A stretch of 64,000 bases of DNA from Nanobdellota archaeon. GTDB lineage: Archaea > Aenigmatarchaeota > Aenigmatarchaeia > QMZP01. Of this stretch, positions 35,271 through 44,529 are shown in pieces. Below the pieces are notes generated by a model, which had not been told where the DNA came from, searched no databases, and was given only the letters and a program-made list of their open reading frames with translations. The first letter of the stretch is position 1. Each line of letters opens with the position of its first letter. Where the stretch lies: NCBI GenBank assembly GCA_043814765.1, contig JBDRJQ010000029.1, positions 80,821 to 144,820 on the forward strand. The letters are read 5' to 3'. A program made the translations under genes and the position numbers.

Positions 35271-35473
35271 AAATAGGTTTCCTCCCTCTCGAGTTTATCT
35301 CGCGATACCTTAAATGGCATACTTAATTATATAAACGTTAAAATATAAGTTTGTATGTTTTAAGGGATATTTTAACCATGTTTCAGGTTGTTTTTGTAAA
35401 AACTATTTAAGTAATCATTTGAAACCAGTATATAGCGCCTAATCATTTGATATGGTTGGGAGGAGCGTAAAAT

Positions 35474-37279
35474 ATGAAGAATTTAAAGGTAATAATACCT
35501 GACACATCTATCATTATCCAGGGTATTTTGTCAGATTTGATAAAAAAAGGAGAGCTTAAAAACATAAGACTGGTTATTCCTAGAGCTGTTGTTGATGAAC
35601 TGCAAGCTCAAGCCTCTAGAGGCAAGGACATTGGTTTCGAGGGTCTTGAAGAGATAAAAAAGATTAGAGACCTTGCACCAAAAAGAAACATAAAGCTTGA
35701 ATTTTATGGTGATAGGCCAACGCTTGAAGAGATACAGCTAGCAAAGAAAGGTCGTATTGATGCAATAATCCGTGATGTTGCTGTAAAAGAGAACGGAACG
35801 TTGGTTACATCTGATTATGTGCAAGCGTTGGTTGGAGAAGCTGAAGGCGTGAGCGTAAAGCATATGCCACAGCCAAGAAAGACAACCACAGACATAGAAA
35901 AATTCTTTACAAAAGATACCCAATCTGTGCACTTAAAAGTAGGATTAGAACCGATGGCAAAAAGAGGTAATCCTGGCAGTGTGAAACTTGTTAAAATAAG
36001 TAAAAACATCATGAGTGAAAAGGAGCTTAAGGGCATTATAGATGAGATTATTCAGAGGGCAAGAACTGATGAAAACTCTTTTGTAGAGATAGGAAAACAT
36101 GGAGCAATGGTAATACAAATGGGCAACTACAGAATATTAATAACTCGTCCCCCCTTCTCTGAAGCAACTGAAGTTACAGCAGTAAGGCCTATTGTAAAAT
36201 TATCAATAGATGACTACGAACTGCATGATGAACTGAAAGCTAGAATTTCTAACAAATCACAAGGAGTGCTAATAGCAGGACCGCCTGGTTCTGGCAAGAG
36301 CACATTCGCTGCAAGCATTGCAGAGTTTTTATCAGGAAAAGGTAAGATTGTAAAAACATTAGAACAGCCACGTGATCTGCAAGTCGGTCCAGAAATAACA
36401 CAGTATGCACCACTTGAGGGTGATTGGGAAAAAGCAACTGATATATTGCTTCTAGTAAGGCCTGACTACACTATATTCGATGAAATAAGAAAGACTAGGG
36501 AGTTCAGGCTATTCGGCGACATGCGTCTTGCTGGTGTTGGTATGATTGGGGTTGTTCACGCCAATGATCCGGTATCTGCAATACAGCGTTTCATAGGCAG
36601 ATTAGAGCTCGGTATAATTCCCCACGTAATAAATACAGTAATCTTCATTGACGCAGGAAAAGTTCAGAAGGTTTATGAACTAAGCTTCAATGTAAGAGTT
36701 CCGTCAGGAATGAAAGAGGCTGATCTAGCTAGACCAGTTGTTGATGTAAAAGATTTTGAGACAAAAGAGCTGGTTTATGAGATATACACTTTCGGTGAAG
36801 AGAGCGTTGTCATGTCTGTTAAAAACGACGAGTCTTCAATGTCTGGCATTAAAAAACTTGCAATGGACAGGGCTTATCAGGAGCTTAGAAAATGGGACAA
36901 TAACGTAAAGATAGAGATTCTTGACGATAACAGAATCTGCGCACGGGTAGACAACGAAAAGATAGCAAGGATAATTGGTAAAAAGGGCAAAAACATCGAA
37001 GAGATAGAAAAGAAACTAGGAATCCATATCTCTGTCGAACCAAAAGAGGCAACGTTCAAAAACGAAGTGCAGTTCTACACTGAAGAAATGGGAAAGCATT
37101 TTTACATAAAAGTTGATCCCAAATTATCTGGTAAGTCAGTAGATATATACGACAATGAAGCTTTCCTAATGACATCCCTAGTCGGCAAAAGCGGTAAAAT
37201 AAGGATAAAGAAGAAATCAGATATAGGAAGAAATGTAATGCGTGCGATAACAAAAGGTGCATTGAAGATTTTGATGTAG
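35474..37279 (+). CDS. PIN-domain / PilT-like ATPase / KH-domain protein (conserved archaeal family of unknown role)
   Basis: N-terminal PIN-like domain (IIPDTSIII), Walker A GPPGSGKST, and a C-terminal KH domain (IARIIGKKGKNIEEIEKKLG). Confidence 0.75.
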   Translation: MKNLKVIIPDTSIIIQGILSDLIKKGELKNIRLVIPRAVVDELQAQASRGKDIGFEGLEEIKKIRDLAPKRNIKLEFYGDRPTLEEIQLAKKGRIDAIIRDVAVKENGTLVTSDYVQALVGEAEGVSVKHMPQPRKTTTDIEKFFTKDTQSVHLKVGLEPMAKRGNPGSVKLVKISKNIMSEKELKGIIDEIIQRARTDENSFVEIGKHGAMVIQMGNYRILITRPPFSEATEVTAVRPIVKLSIDDYELHDELKARISNKSQGVLIAGPPGSGKSTFAASIAEFLSGKGKIVKTLEQPRDLQVGPEITQYAPLEGDWEKATDILLLVRPDYTIFDEIRKTREFRLFGDMRLAGVGMIGVVHANDPVSAIQRFIGRLELGIIPHVINTVIFIDAGKVQKVYELSFNVRVPSGMKEADLARPVVDVKDFETKELVYEIYTFGEESVVMSVKNDESSMSGIKKLAMDRAYQELRKWDNNVKIEILDDNRICARVDNEKIARIIGKKGKNIEEIEKKLGIHISVEPKEATFKNEVQFYTEEMGKHFYIKVDPKLSGKSVDIYDNEAFLMTSLVGKSGKIRIKKKSDIGRNVMRAITKGALKILM

Positions 37280-37315
37280 ACAAAGCAATTGAAGACCAAT
37301 TATAAAAGAAAGTAA

Positions 37316-37768
37316 TCACTTTACCAAAAGTTTTGCTCTCTCATATTCGTATTTCCAATCCTTTGGTATAGTGCCTTCACTTCTGTAGTACTTTACAAGG
37401 CGTCTTATTTTTGATTCAGTTAGCTCAAGGCCTCGTTTAGAAGTGTAATCTTTTTTGTTTTTGTCCATGTGCGCATGCAAACTTACTGCCTTTTTCATTA
37501 AACTGAACATGTCTTCAGGAAACTTGGAATAAACGTCGTTTTTCTTCATTATTTTAGCTATCTTAGTCTTTGTGAACATATTCACAGACGGTATTCCATA
37601 AGAATCTCTCAGCTCAATACCTATTTGTGATGAAGTATCGCCCTTTTTGGCTAGTTTGACTATAATTTCTTCTATCTCAGCTGGCTTGAGCTTTACCCAG
37701 CTAGCTGACCTTTTCATAGGCTTTGCTGAACCTGATTTTCCCTTCTTACGTGAATGCATTCGTGCCAT
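37316..37768 (-). CDS. rps15: 30S ribosomal protein S15 (uS15/S13e)
   Basis: MARMHSRKKGKSGS... is the typical archaeal S15 N-terminus. The start was taken at the second Met of the track ORF. Confidence 0.9.
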   Translation of the reverse strand: MARMHSRKKGKSGSAKPMKRSASWVKLKPAEIEEIIVKLAKKGDTSSQIGIELRDSYGIPSVNMFTKTKIAKIMKKNDVYSKFPEDMFSLMKKAVSLHAHMDKNKKDYTSKRGLELTESKIRRLVKYYRSEGTIPKDWKYEYERAKLLVK

Positions 37769-37874
37769 TTTCAATTCCTCGATTATTTTGGATTATTGAT
37801 GCGATAACGACTATAAATTCTGCATAGTCATTGGTATATACACCATTTATTGGATAAACTATATAAAAAGGTTG

Positions 37875-39062
37875 CTATTTCAGCAACGTATCAACTATGT
37901 CAGGGTCTGCTTTGATTCTTTTTACTGTCTTGTTTATGCCTGTCACAGGTGTTTTAAGTCCATGACCAGTAATCAGACAAACCACCCTTGAATTGCGTTT
38001 AATGTTGGCTCTATGCTTCAAAATACCTGCTAAAGCAACAGCGCCCGCAGGCTCAGCGAACAGGCCCTCTCTCTGAGCAAGGACCTCCCTTACTCGCAGT
38101 ATTTCGACGTCCTTCACGCTCTCTAAGAAGCCCTTTGACTCCCTCACTGACTGAAGGGCTCTTTTACCGTCTAGAGGATTACCACATTCTATAGCCACTG
38201 CTATAGTAGAACCTCTCATTGGTTTGACATACTTCTCGTTTTCTTTAAACGCCCTTTCAACAGGGTTACAGCCAACTGCCTGAATGCCAACCATTTTTGG
38301 TAGTTTTCTAGTAAAACCAATTTTTTGGAATTCATTGAATGCTTTCCATGTGGAAGATATTAGAGTACCGTTTCCAATTGGACAAGCAACATAATCTGCA
38401 TTGACTTGTTCAGCTATCTCAAAACCAATTGATTTTGTGCCTTCGCGCCTGAAAAGATAGTCTCCTGTTAAATAACCTTTATGTTCCATGAAAGCCTTCT
38501 CTACCATTTCTGCAGCCATGGCATAGCTGCCTTTTATTTGGAACACATCAGCACCGTATGACAAAATTTGTTCTACTTTAGTCTGTATTGCATCATGCGG
38601 CGTAAAAACATGGCACTTAAGATTACTGACAGCTGAATATGCGGCAACAGATGCCCCCATGTTACCGGTGGATGCACAAATCACTCGATGCGCCTTTTTG
38701 TCCAATGCCCGGCCTATTTCCACAGAAGATCCCCTGTCTTTGAAAGATCCTGTAGGATTGGTTGCTTCATATTTGAAATACAACTGAAACTTCAGTTTCA
38801 GGTCCTCCTCTAAATTTTTTGATCTAATCAGGGGGGTTCCTCCTTCCTGTAAAGTTACCATTTTTTTAACAGGAAAAAATTCTTTGTAACGTGCATGATT
38901 AAATGGTCTTTTTCTCATTTTTTTAAGAGATAAAAAACGTTTCATTTTATTGTAATCATAAACCACTTCCAGAGATCCGCCGCATCTGTCGCATCTAAAA
39001 GCAACAGTTTCCATTGTATATTCTCGGCCACAATCAAAGCAGAATATGTATTTCTCAAACAT
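37875..39062 (-). CDS. thrC: Threonine synthase (with an N-terminal zinc ribbon)
   Basis: PLP-lysine motif TGSFKDRG, GNMGAS, and N-terminal CFDCG...CDRCGG. Confidence 0.85.
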   Translation of the reverse strand: MFEKYIFCFDCGREYTMETVAFRCDRCGGSLEVVYDYNKMKRFLSLKKMRKRPFNHARYKEFFPVKKMVTLQEGGTPLIRSKNLEEDLKLKFQLYFKYEATNPTGSFKDRGSSVEIGRALDKKAHRVICASTGNMGASVAAYSAVSNLKCHVFTPHDAIQTKVEQILSYGADVFQIKGSYAMAAEMVEKAFMEHKGYLTGDYLFRREGTKSIGFEIAEQVNADYVACPIGNGTLISSTWKAFNEFQKIGFTRKLPKMVGIQAVGCNPVERAFKENEKYVKPMRGSTIAVAIECGNPLDGKRALQSVRESKGFLESVKDVEILRVREVLAQREGLFAEPAGAVALAGILKHRANIKRNSRVVCLITGHGLKTPVTGINKTVKRIKADPDIVDTLLK

Positions 39063-39183
39063 ATAGTATATTTTATTTTTTGTCTAGATTAAGTTTTACT
39101 CCAAATCGACGAGTAACAAACCAATTCAGATAACTTTAAATAGGTTTGTCATTATTATAATAATCAATTCGGATGTATTAACC

Positions 39184-39273
39184 ATGTTAATAGATTGGGA
39201 AGAAGATAGTGATAGTGAAGAAGAGGAAGACTGGGAAGGAGATTCAGGTGACGAGGAAGATGAAGAGATATAG
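39184..39273 (+). CDS. Possible 29-aa hyper-acidic micro-protein
   Basis: The ATG..TAG ORF encodes MLIDWEEDSDSEEEEDWEGDSGDEEDEEI. A TTTAAATA element lies about 45 nt upstream. It is below the track length cutoff and has no homology support. Confidence 0.25.
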   Translation: MLIDWEEDSDSEEEEDWEGDSGDEEDEEI

Positions 39274-39274
39274 T

Positions 39275-39658
39275 TTATATCGCTTCCTCTAAAAGCTTCC
39301 TTGTACTGTAATCTTTGTATTTCTTTTTCAGTTTAACTAGCCTTGTTTTTTTTCCAATTTTATTTCTGTCTATTTTTTGATCATAGCCCAGCACTATAAC
39401 ACTGGGGTTTTCCTTTTTCACTATTTTAAACATGTCGTCTTTGTCACCAATTACAGCTTTGTCAACAAAGTCAAGAGCCTCTAAAACCTTTTTTCTGTCT
39501 TTCGCAGGAAACAAAAGATATTTTTTGTTTTTCAAAACTGTTTTGTCATGGGCTACCACAACAATTAAATAATTGCCAAAGGACTTGGCTTTTTTCAGAA
39601 ACCATAAATGTCCAGGATGAACAACATTGAAAACTCCTCCGACAATAACTTTTTTCAT
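39275..39658 (-). CDS. Cytidylyltransferase-fold nucleotidyltransferase, RibL-like (archaeal FAD synthase) candidate
   Basis: GGVFNVVHPGHLWFLKKAKSFG (HxGH), LIVVVAHDKTV, VIVLGYDQ. This resembles archaeal RibL, but a PPAT-type or other family member cannot be excluded. Confidence 0.55.
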   Translation of the reverse strand: MKKVIVGGVFNVVHPGHLWFLKKAKSFGNYLIVVVAHDKTVLKNKKYLLFPAKDRKKVLEALDFVDKAVIGDKDDMFKIVKKENPSVIVLGYDQKIDRNKIGKKTRLVKLKKKYKDYSTRKLLEEAI

Positions 39659-39662
39659 TCCA

Positions 39663-42600
39663 TCACGTCCTCTTCACATTCAAAGTTTTCTGCGAACCTG
39701 TTCTATCGCTCTCCAATAATATCTGATGAAGTCCCTGGCCTATTATATCGTCTCCAACTATGTTTATTGCGGCATACTCCAATAAAATCTTTACAGGTAT
39801 AAGGAAGCCGAGGCCGTAAGCAAAGCTAGGTGCTATGTAAGTCATGAAGCTCTTTGCTTCTAATTTGCCTGTTTGATCTTCTATCCTTTTCCAGTCGCCT
39901 TCTGTGAAAGCAACAAAGGCGCGCGAATTAGTTAAATCAAAACTCAAACCAATCATATGATTACCTGAAGTGTTTTCTGTGTACAGTTTTCTAAATATGT
40001 TTTCGTAATGAATTAACCCATTCATCTTGTTGTCAGCATATGATGAGATATAATAATGAGTCGGACTAGAATAATTGTTTTCTCCGCCGAGAGATCCCGC
40101 ACTAACTTCGCCTGTTCCGGGTATGTAAACATTATTGGAAGTGTTGTTCAAATAGAGTTTTATATCTACCCTAAAATCAGAATAGCTCACGTTGAATACT
40201 GTGCTGTTCATGTTCTTTTGGTCTGAACTGTCATTGGCTACAACTTTTACAGTCCATCCTCCCGGAGACCAATCCTGCAGCATCGTAAGGTTGTACTCAA
40301 ATATTCGACCATTCTCTATGTCTTCTACAGCTGTCATTTCAAGATTATTTACCTTAACAGCATTGTTTGGATCAGTTACGTTTATTATGACTTTGTCAAT
40401 ATCAGTGTAGTTGTTATAGTCAGTCACATTCGCGCGTATGACAACAACTTCATCTGTCGTGAAGCTGGTCTTTTCAACATAGGATGTGGAATATGTTTTT
40501 ATCCAGATGACCCTGGTCTCTGTGTTATAAGTGAAATAAGAAACATTGGTTTCGTTTGCATCCAAATAATCGTCTGCAATTATAAGCCAGTACCAAGTGC
40601 CGCCTGTTATGTTTGTTAGCGTGGTTGTGTTGGCTGTTCCATTATAATACAGGACAGCGTCTTCGTTGTAGTTTGATGTGTTGAATTCTGTATTGCTCAT
40701 ATACATGAGGAATGTAAAACCGTTGCATGCTATATTATCTATTCCTGCACAACCATTGCCGAAATCAGCGTCTGTGGAATTGGTCCAGTTAAAGACTATT
40801 GTCAATCCAGCAGTGCCATTATCGTCATATGAAGACGCATTAGCAGGGTCTGTTAAAACAGGCAGGCTTGGCGCCCTGTTTTGTACAGTGAATTCTAGGT
40901 ACTCTCCTTCCTGATATTTGCCATCCGGACTAGTAGCATACCATTTGAAGCAAAAGGTATCCTGATTGGTAAAATTGGATTCATAAACAACAGTTGTATG
41001 ATTGTATGTTGTGTTTGTAATGTAGCCTGTATAATTTGTCATCGAAGGACATGCTTTAATATTTTTAAGCCCGTACCAAACAGAGTTGACAGGTCCTTCA
41101 TCAATCCAAGCCATAAAGGTAGCATCATTATCGTTGTAAATAGTATCTGGAACGTAAGTGCTATTGGCTACAATCGGTGGCTGCGCGTCTATGACAAAGT
41201 AAATCTCATCATCGCTTCTGTCCCCGTAATCTGTGCCATCATGCGGCTCAATCTGCCAGTAATAAGTGGAATCATCAAAATGCTTCCATGATATCTGGTA
41301 TGTGTCTCCGGCACTTACACCAGACAGGTCATCGCCTGCCATAAGAGCAAGCGTTGTTGCATTGTTGCTTGTTGTGTTCGTTATCACTATGCCGCCACTG
41401 ATATTTATTTTGTCGGTATATTTTAATGACATTGATAGTTGGTTGGTTTCCCAGTTTTTATCCAAATCTGTGATTGTATCATCAGCGTCATTAACACTTT
41501 CTATGACACCTGTTTCTTGGTACCAGCCCCATGTCGAATCGTTGAGGTATGTTATGTTAAGCGCCTGGCCGGCTGACCCGTCAGGAGCCCTGTATATTGC
41601 CAGCTTGTATTTTATCGAATCGCCGTCCCTGTCTGTTGCGTTCTCCCACTCAAATAGTGTGGTATTAGCATTGATTTGTGTCCTGTTTCTTGGCAAAACC
41701 AGTGGTTTAGCATAAGAGAATTCTGTGCGAGCTACTTCAGATATTCTGAATTCGTCTATGCCAGCTGTTATTGCACTCCCATTGTTATAATCACTGCCAA
41801 TATGTAGGTTAATAGGGTTGGCATTCATCCTTGCATTTATAGCTCTGGTCTGCTTCAGACTGCCATCAACATAGATTCTGAGAAGTCTTGTAGACTGGTC
41901 CCATGTGCATGCAACATGATGCCATGAATCAGCATTCCAGTCTCTTATATTAGCTGTTACAGTTCTGCTATTTCTGTTTGAACCGTATAATCTGCAGCTT
42001 AGCACTCCGTTGTTATTTTTCCATATAAGGATTCTGTTTCTGGTGCTCCAACTGCTACCAGTATAAGGTCTAGACGTATCAAAAAAATATCTATTATTTC
42101 TGTCATTATTTCCATTCCATGATGGTTTAATCCACATCTCAACAGTGCCTGCATTGTAATCCAGATTGTCTCCATTGGTGTTGTCATAATAAAGCGCTGA
42201 AGAAATTTGAATTGAATTATACACCTTTCCAACAACATAATCATGCGGATCTATTGACATAGCACCCCTTTCTCCTTCCATGCCATAGGGTAATAAAAAA
42301 GAAGTTCCTATAGTAGTATCATCAAAATGCACCAGCAACAGCGTATTCAAATCATTCTCCGGCTCGTACAAGCTTGGTTTTGAGTTGCCTATTGTGACAT
42401 TCTTAAATGCCTCGCCGCAGTTGTTCTCTGCGTCGCAGGCACGCACATAACAGCTCCATGTCTCGCCCCTGTGCGCGAGCGCCGGCCTCAAAAATATATG
42501 CCTATTATCGCCGACAGCGACTGAAGTGAATGTTTCGCTCGAATATGTCGTCGTTCCGTTAATCCATTTCGCTGTTATGGTTGCAGGGTTGTTGTTTGCG

Positions 42601-44384
42601 TCAGTGTGATTAAATGTACAGTTGAATTGTGTTGACATAATACCAGAACTTGGTGTAATTCCTACAAATGGATACGGAATCGCATCAGATGGAATTATCG
42701 GCCCCCAATCAGCGCCCGAACCAAACCATTTGCTTTGCCCACTGTTGTAAGGCCAGTCTCCTCCACTGTCAGCAAAGCCGTCCCCGTCAGAATCAATAAT
42801 GTTCCATATATAGTAATCGTCGTAAAAATTACCCTCTGCCTGATAACCCATAGATTTGCCGGAATTTGTGGTATTGAACATGTTGTCATCAGCATTCGAC
42901 CCGGAGTAGACATAATACATATCGGCGCTTTTGAAGTAGTTGCTGTAGAAGGCATTGTAATCCCCGCCCACCTGAAGCGTCGTGTTCGCTTCCTTGAATG
43001 TGCAGTTCTGTATGTTTGCGTAGCTCGCATTGGCTGTAGAGTGGCCAATGGCGTAGAGGTTAAAATCCCCTGAACCTACATAAACTACACCGTCTACTAC
43101 TGCTGGTGAACCCATATATGAAATTATTGTGTAATTCCATTTTAGAGTTCCGTTGGTATATAATGCATAAAGTGTACTGTCAGGGGCAGTTGAACCGAAA
43201 TATATTGCACCATCTACTACTGTTGCTTGAGATTGTATGTATACAGTTGTTGTGTAATTCCATTTTAAAGTACCATTTGTGTAGAAAGCATAAAGATTTT
43301 TATCGTTTGATCCGATGTAAATAATATCATCTGAAATGGTTGGTGCTGGGTATACTATAGCATCACCAGTACTGTAGTTCCATTTTAAAGTACCATTTGT
43401 GTAGAAAGCATAAAGATTGTTGTCATGTGAGCCTATATAGACAACTCCGTCTGATACTGCTGGTGATGAGAATATGGCGTTACCTACAGTATAGTTCCAT
43501 TTTAAAGTTCCGTTGGTATAGATAGCATAAGTATTGTTGTCATATGAGCCTATATAGACAACTCCGTCTGATACTGCTGGTGATGATTCTACTATAGAGC
43601 CGCTTGTCAAATATTTCCATTTTAGTGTTCCATTAGTGTATATTGCATATATGTTGTCGTCATCTGAACCTACATAAACTACACCATCTACTATTGCTGG
43701 GGATGATCTTACAGATCCTCCTGTTGTGTAATTCCATTTTAGAGTTCCGTTGGTATATAATGCATAAAGATTATAATCATAAGAGCCCACATAAACTACA
43801 CCATCTACTATTGCTGGGGATGAGACAATCTCAAATTCCGTCGTATAATTCCATTTTAGAGTTCCATTAGTCCAGATTGCGTATATGTTTTTATCATTTG
43901 ACCCAACATAAACTACACCGTCTACTATTGCTGGGGATGATATTCCTATACCAGCACCTAGCGTGTAATTCCACATCAAAGTAACATTCCCGCTTGCCAC
44001 ACCTCCTGTTGTTCCAGTATGTTTTAAATTTTGGTGAAACATCGGCCATGAGTGATTCCCCTGCAAGACAAGGCTTTGGTTAAATTGGGTAACCGTGCAG
44101 TTGTACATGGTGAAATTGTTTGCGCCGACATTGACGCCTACAGCGAGCCTGCTGTTGCCTTTTATCCAGTAGCCGGCGCAGTCGAGGATGATGTTGTTTG
44201 CGACCACACGGAAGCAGCTTCCAAACTCGTCTGGAAATGTGACATTTGATGTGAGGATGTATTTCTCACTGGTTGTACTTAGAGTTGTGCATGTATTGAT
44301 GTTGCTGGTGCCTGCAAATGCTGTTGGCGCAGCAGCTAAAACGACAAATATAATCAAAAATAACAAAATCGGCTTTCTGTGCAT
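39663..44384 (-). CDS. Giant secreted surface protein (1573 aa): beta-helix-like N-terminus, eight-bladed PQQ/BamB-like beta-propeller, LamG/concanavalin-like lectin domain and Ig/FN3-like modules
   Basis: Signal peptide MHRKPILLFLIIFVVLAAAPTAFA. Eight copies of a 40-aa unit SSPA(I/V)VDGVVYVGSxDxNxYAxYTNGTLKWNYT. LamG signature GTVEMWIKP...WHHVACTW...LRIYVDGS...IDEFRISE. Confidence 0.8.
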   Translation of the reverse strand: MHRKPILLFLIIFVVLAAAPTAFAGTSNINTCTTLSTTSEKYILTSNVTFPDEFGSCFRVVANNIILDCAGYWIKGNSRLAVGVNVGANNFTMYNCTVTQFNQSLVLQGNHSWPMFHQNLKHTGTTGGVASGNVTLMWNYTLGAGIGISSPAIVDGVVYVGSNDKNIYAIWTNGTLKWNYTTEFEIVSSPAIVDGVVYVGSYDYNLYALYTNGTLKWNYTTGGSVRSSPAIVDGVVYVGSDDDNIYAIYTNGTLKWKYLTSGSIVESSPAVSDGVVYIGSYDNNTYAIYTNGTLKWNYTVGNAIFSSPAVSDGVVYIGSHDNNLYAFYTNGTLKWNYSTGDAIVYPAPTISDDIIYIGSNDKNLYAFYTNGTLKWNYTTTVYIQSQATVVDGAIYFGSTAPDSTLYALYTNGTLKWNYTIISYMGSPAVVDGVVYVGSGDFNLYAIGHSTANASYANIQNCTFKEANTTLQVGGDYNAFYSNYFKSADMYYVYSGSNADDNMFNTTNSGKSMGYQAEGNFYDDYYIWNIIDSDGDGFADSGGDWPYNSGQSKWFGSGADWGPIIPSDAIPYPFVGITPSSGIMSTQFNCTFNHTDANNNPATITAKWINGTTTYSSETFTSVAVGDNRHIFLRPALAHRGETWSCYVRACDAENNCGEAFKNVTIGNSKPSLYEPENDLNTLLLVHFDDTTIGTSFLLPYGMEGERGAMSIDPHDYVVGKVYNSIQISSALYYDNTNGDNLDYNAGTVEMWIKPSWNGNNDRNNRYFFDTSRPYTGSSWSTRNRILIWKNNNGVLSCRLYGSNRNSRTVTANIRDWNADSWHHVACTWDQSTRLLRIYVDGSLKQTRAINARMNANPINLHIGSDYNNGSAITAGIDEFRISEVARTEFSYAKPLVLPRNRTQINANTTLFEWENATDRDGDSIKYKLAIYRAPDGSAGQALNITYLNDSTWGWYQETGVIESVNDADDTITDLDKNWETNQLSMSLKYTDKINISGGIVITNTTSNNATTLALMAGDDLSGVSAGDTYQISWKHFDDSTYYWQIEPHDGTDYGDRSDDEIYFVIDAQPPIVANSTYVPDTIYNDNDATFMAWIDEGPVNSVWYGLKNIKACPSMTNYTGYITNTTYNHTTVVYESNFTNQDTFCFKWYATSPDGKYQEGEYLEFTVQNRAPSLPVLTDPANASSYDDNGTAGLTIVFNWTNSTDADFGNGCAGIDNIACNGFTFLMYMSNTEFNTSNYNEDAVLYYNGTANTTTLTNITGGTWYWLIIADDYLDANETNVSYFTYNTETRVIWIKTYSTSYVEKTSFTTDEVVVIRANVTDYNNYTDIDKVIINVTDPNNAVKVNNLEMTAVEDIENGRIFEYNLTMLQDWSPGGWTVKVVANDSSDQKNMNSTVFNVSYSDFRVDIKLYLNNTSNNVYIPGTGEVSAGSLGGENNYSSPTHYYISSYADNKMNGLIHYENIFRKLYTENTSGNHMIGLSFDLTNSRAFVAFTEGDWKRIEDQTGKLEAKSFMTYIAPSFAYGLGFLIPVKILLEYAAINIVGDDIIGQGLHQILLESDRTGSQKTLNVKRT
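43045..44048 (-). repeat. Tandem 120-nt (40-aa) coding repeats, about 8 units, encoding the propeller blades
   Basis: For example, the 41-nt stretch TTCCATTTTAAAGTACCATTTGTGTAGAAAGCATAAAGATT is identical at 43257-43297 and 43377-43417. Other units are near-identical. Confidence 0.85.
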
Positions 44385-44449
44385 ATATTATAATTGGTTT
44401 GTTAGTATAATTATTTGAATGTCTCTATAAATTGACAACAATAAACAGA

Positions 44450-44473
44450 ATGCTGGTGTTGGGACACCAGCAT
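44450..44473 (-). terminator. GC-rich perfect hairpin followed by a U-rich tract, downstream of the SBBP lipoprotein gene
   Basis: ATGCTGGTGT-tggg-ACACCAGCAT (10-bp stem). On the minus-strand RNA it is followed by UCUGUUUAUUGUUG. Confidence 0.55.
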
Positions 44474-44529
44474 ATAAAGTTTCAATTGGTTAACGGCTAA
44501 CATTGGATGCCTAAGCTGTCTTTTGATTC

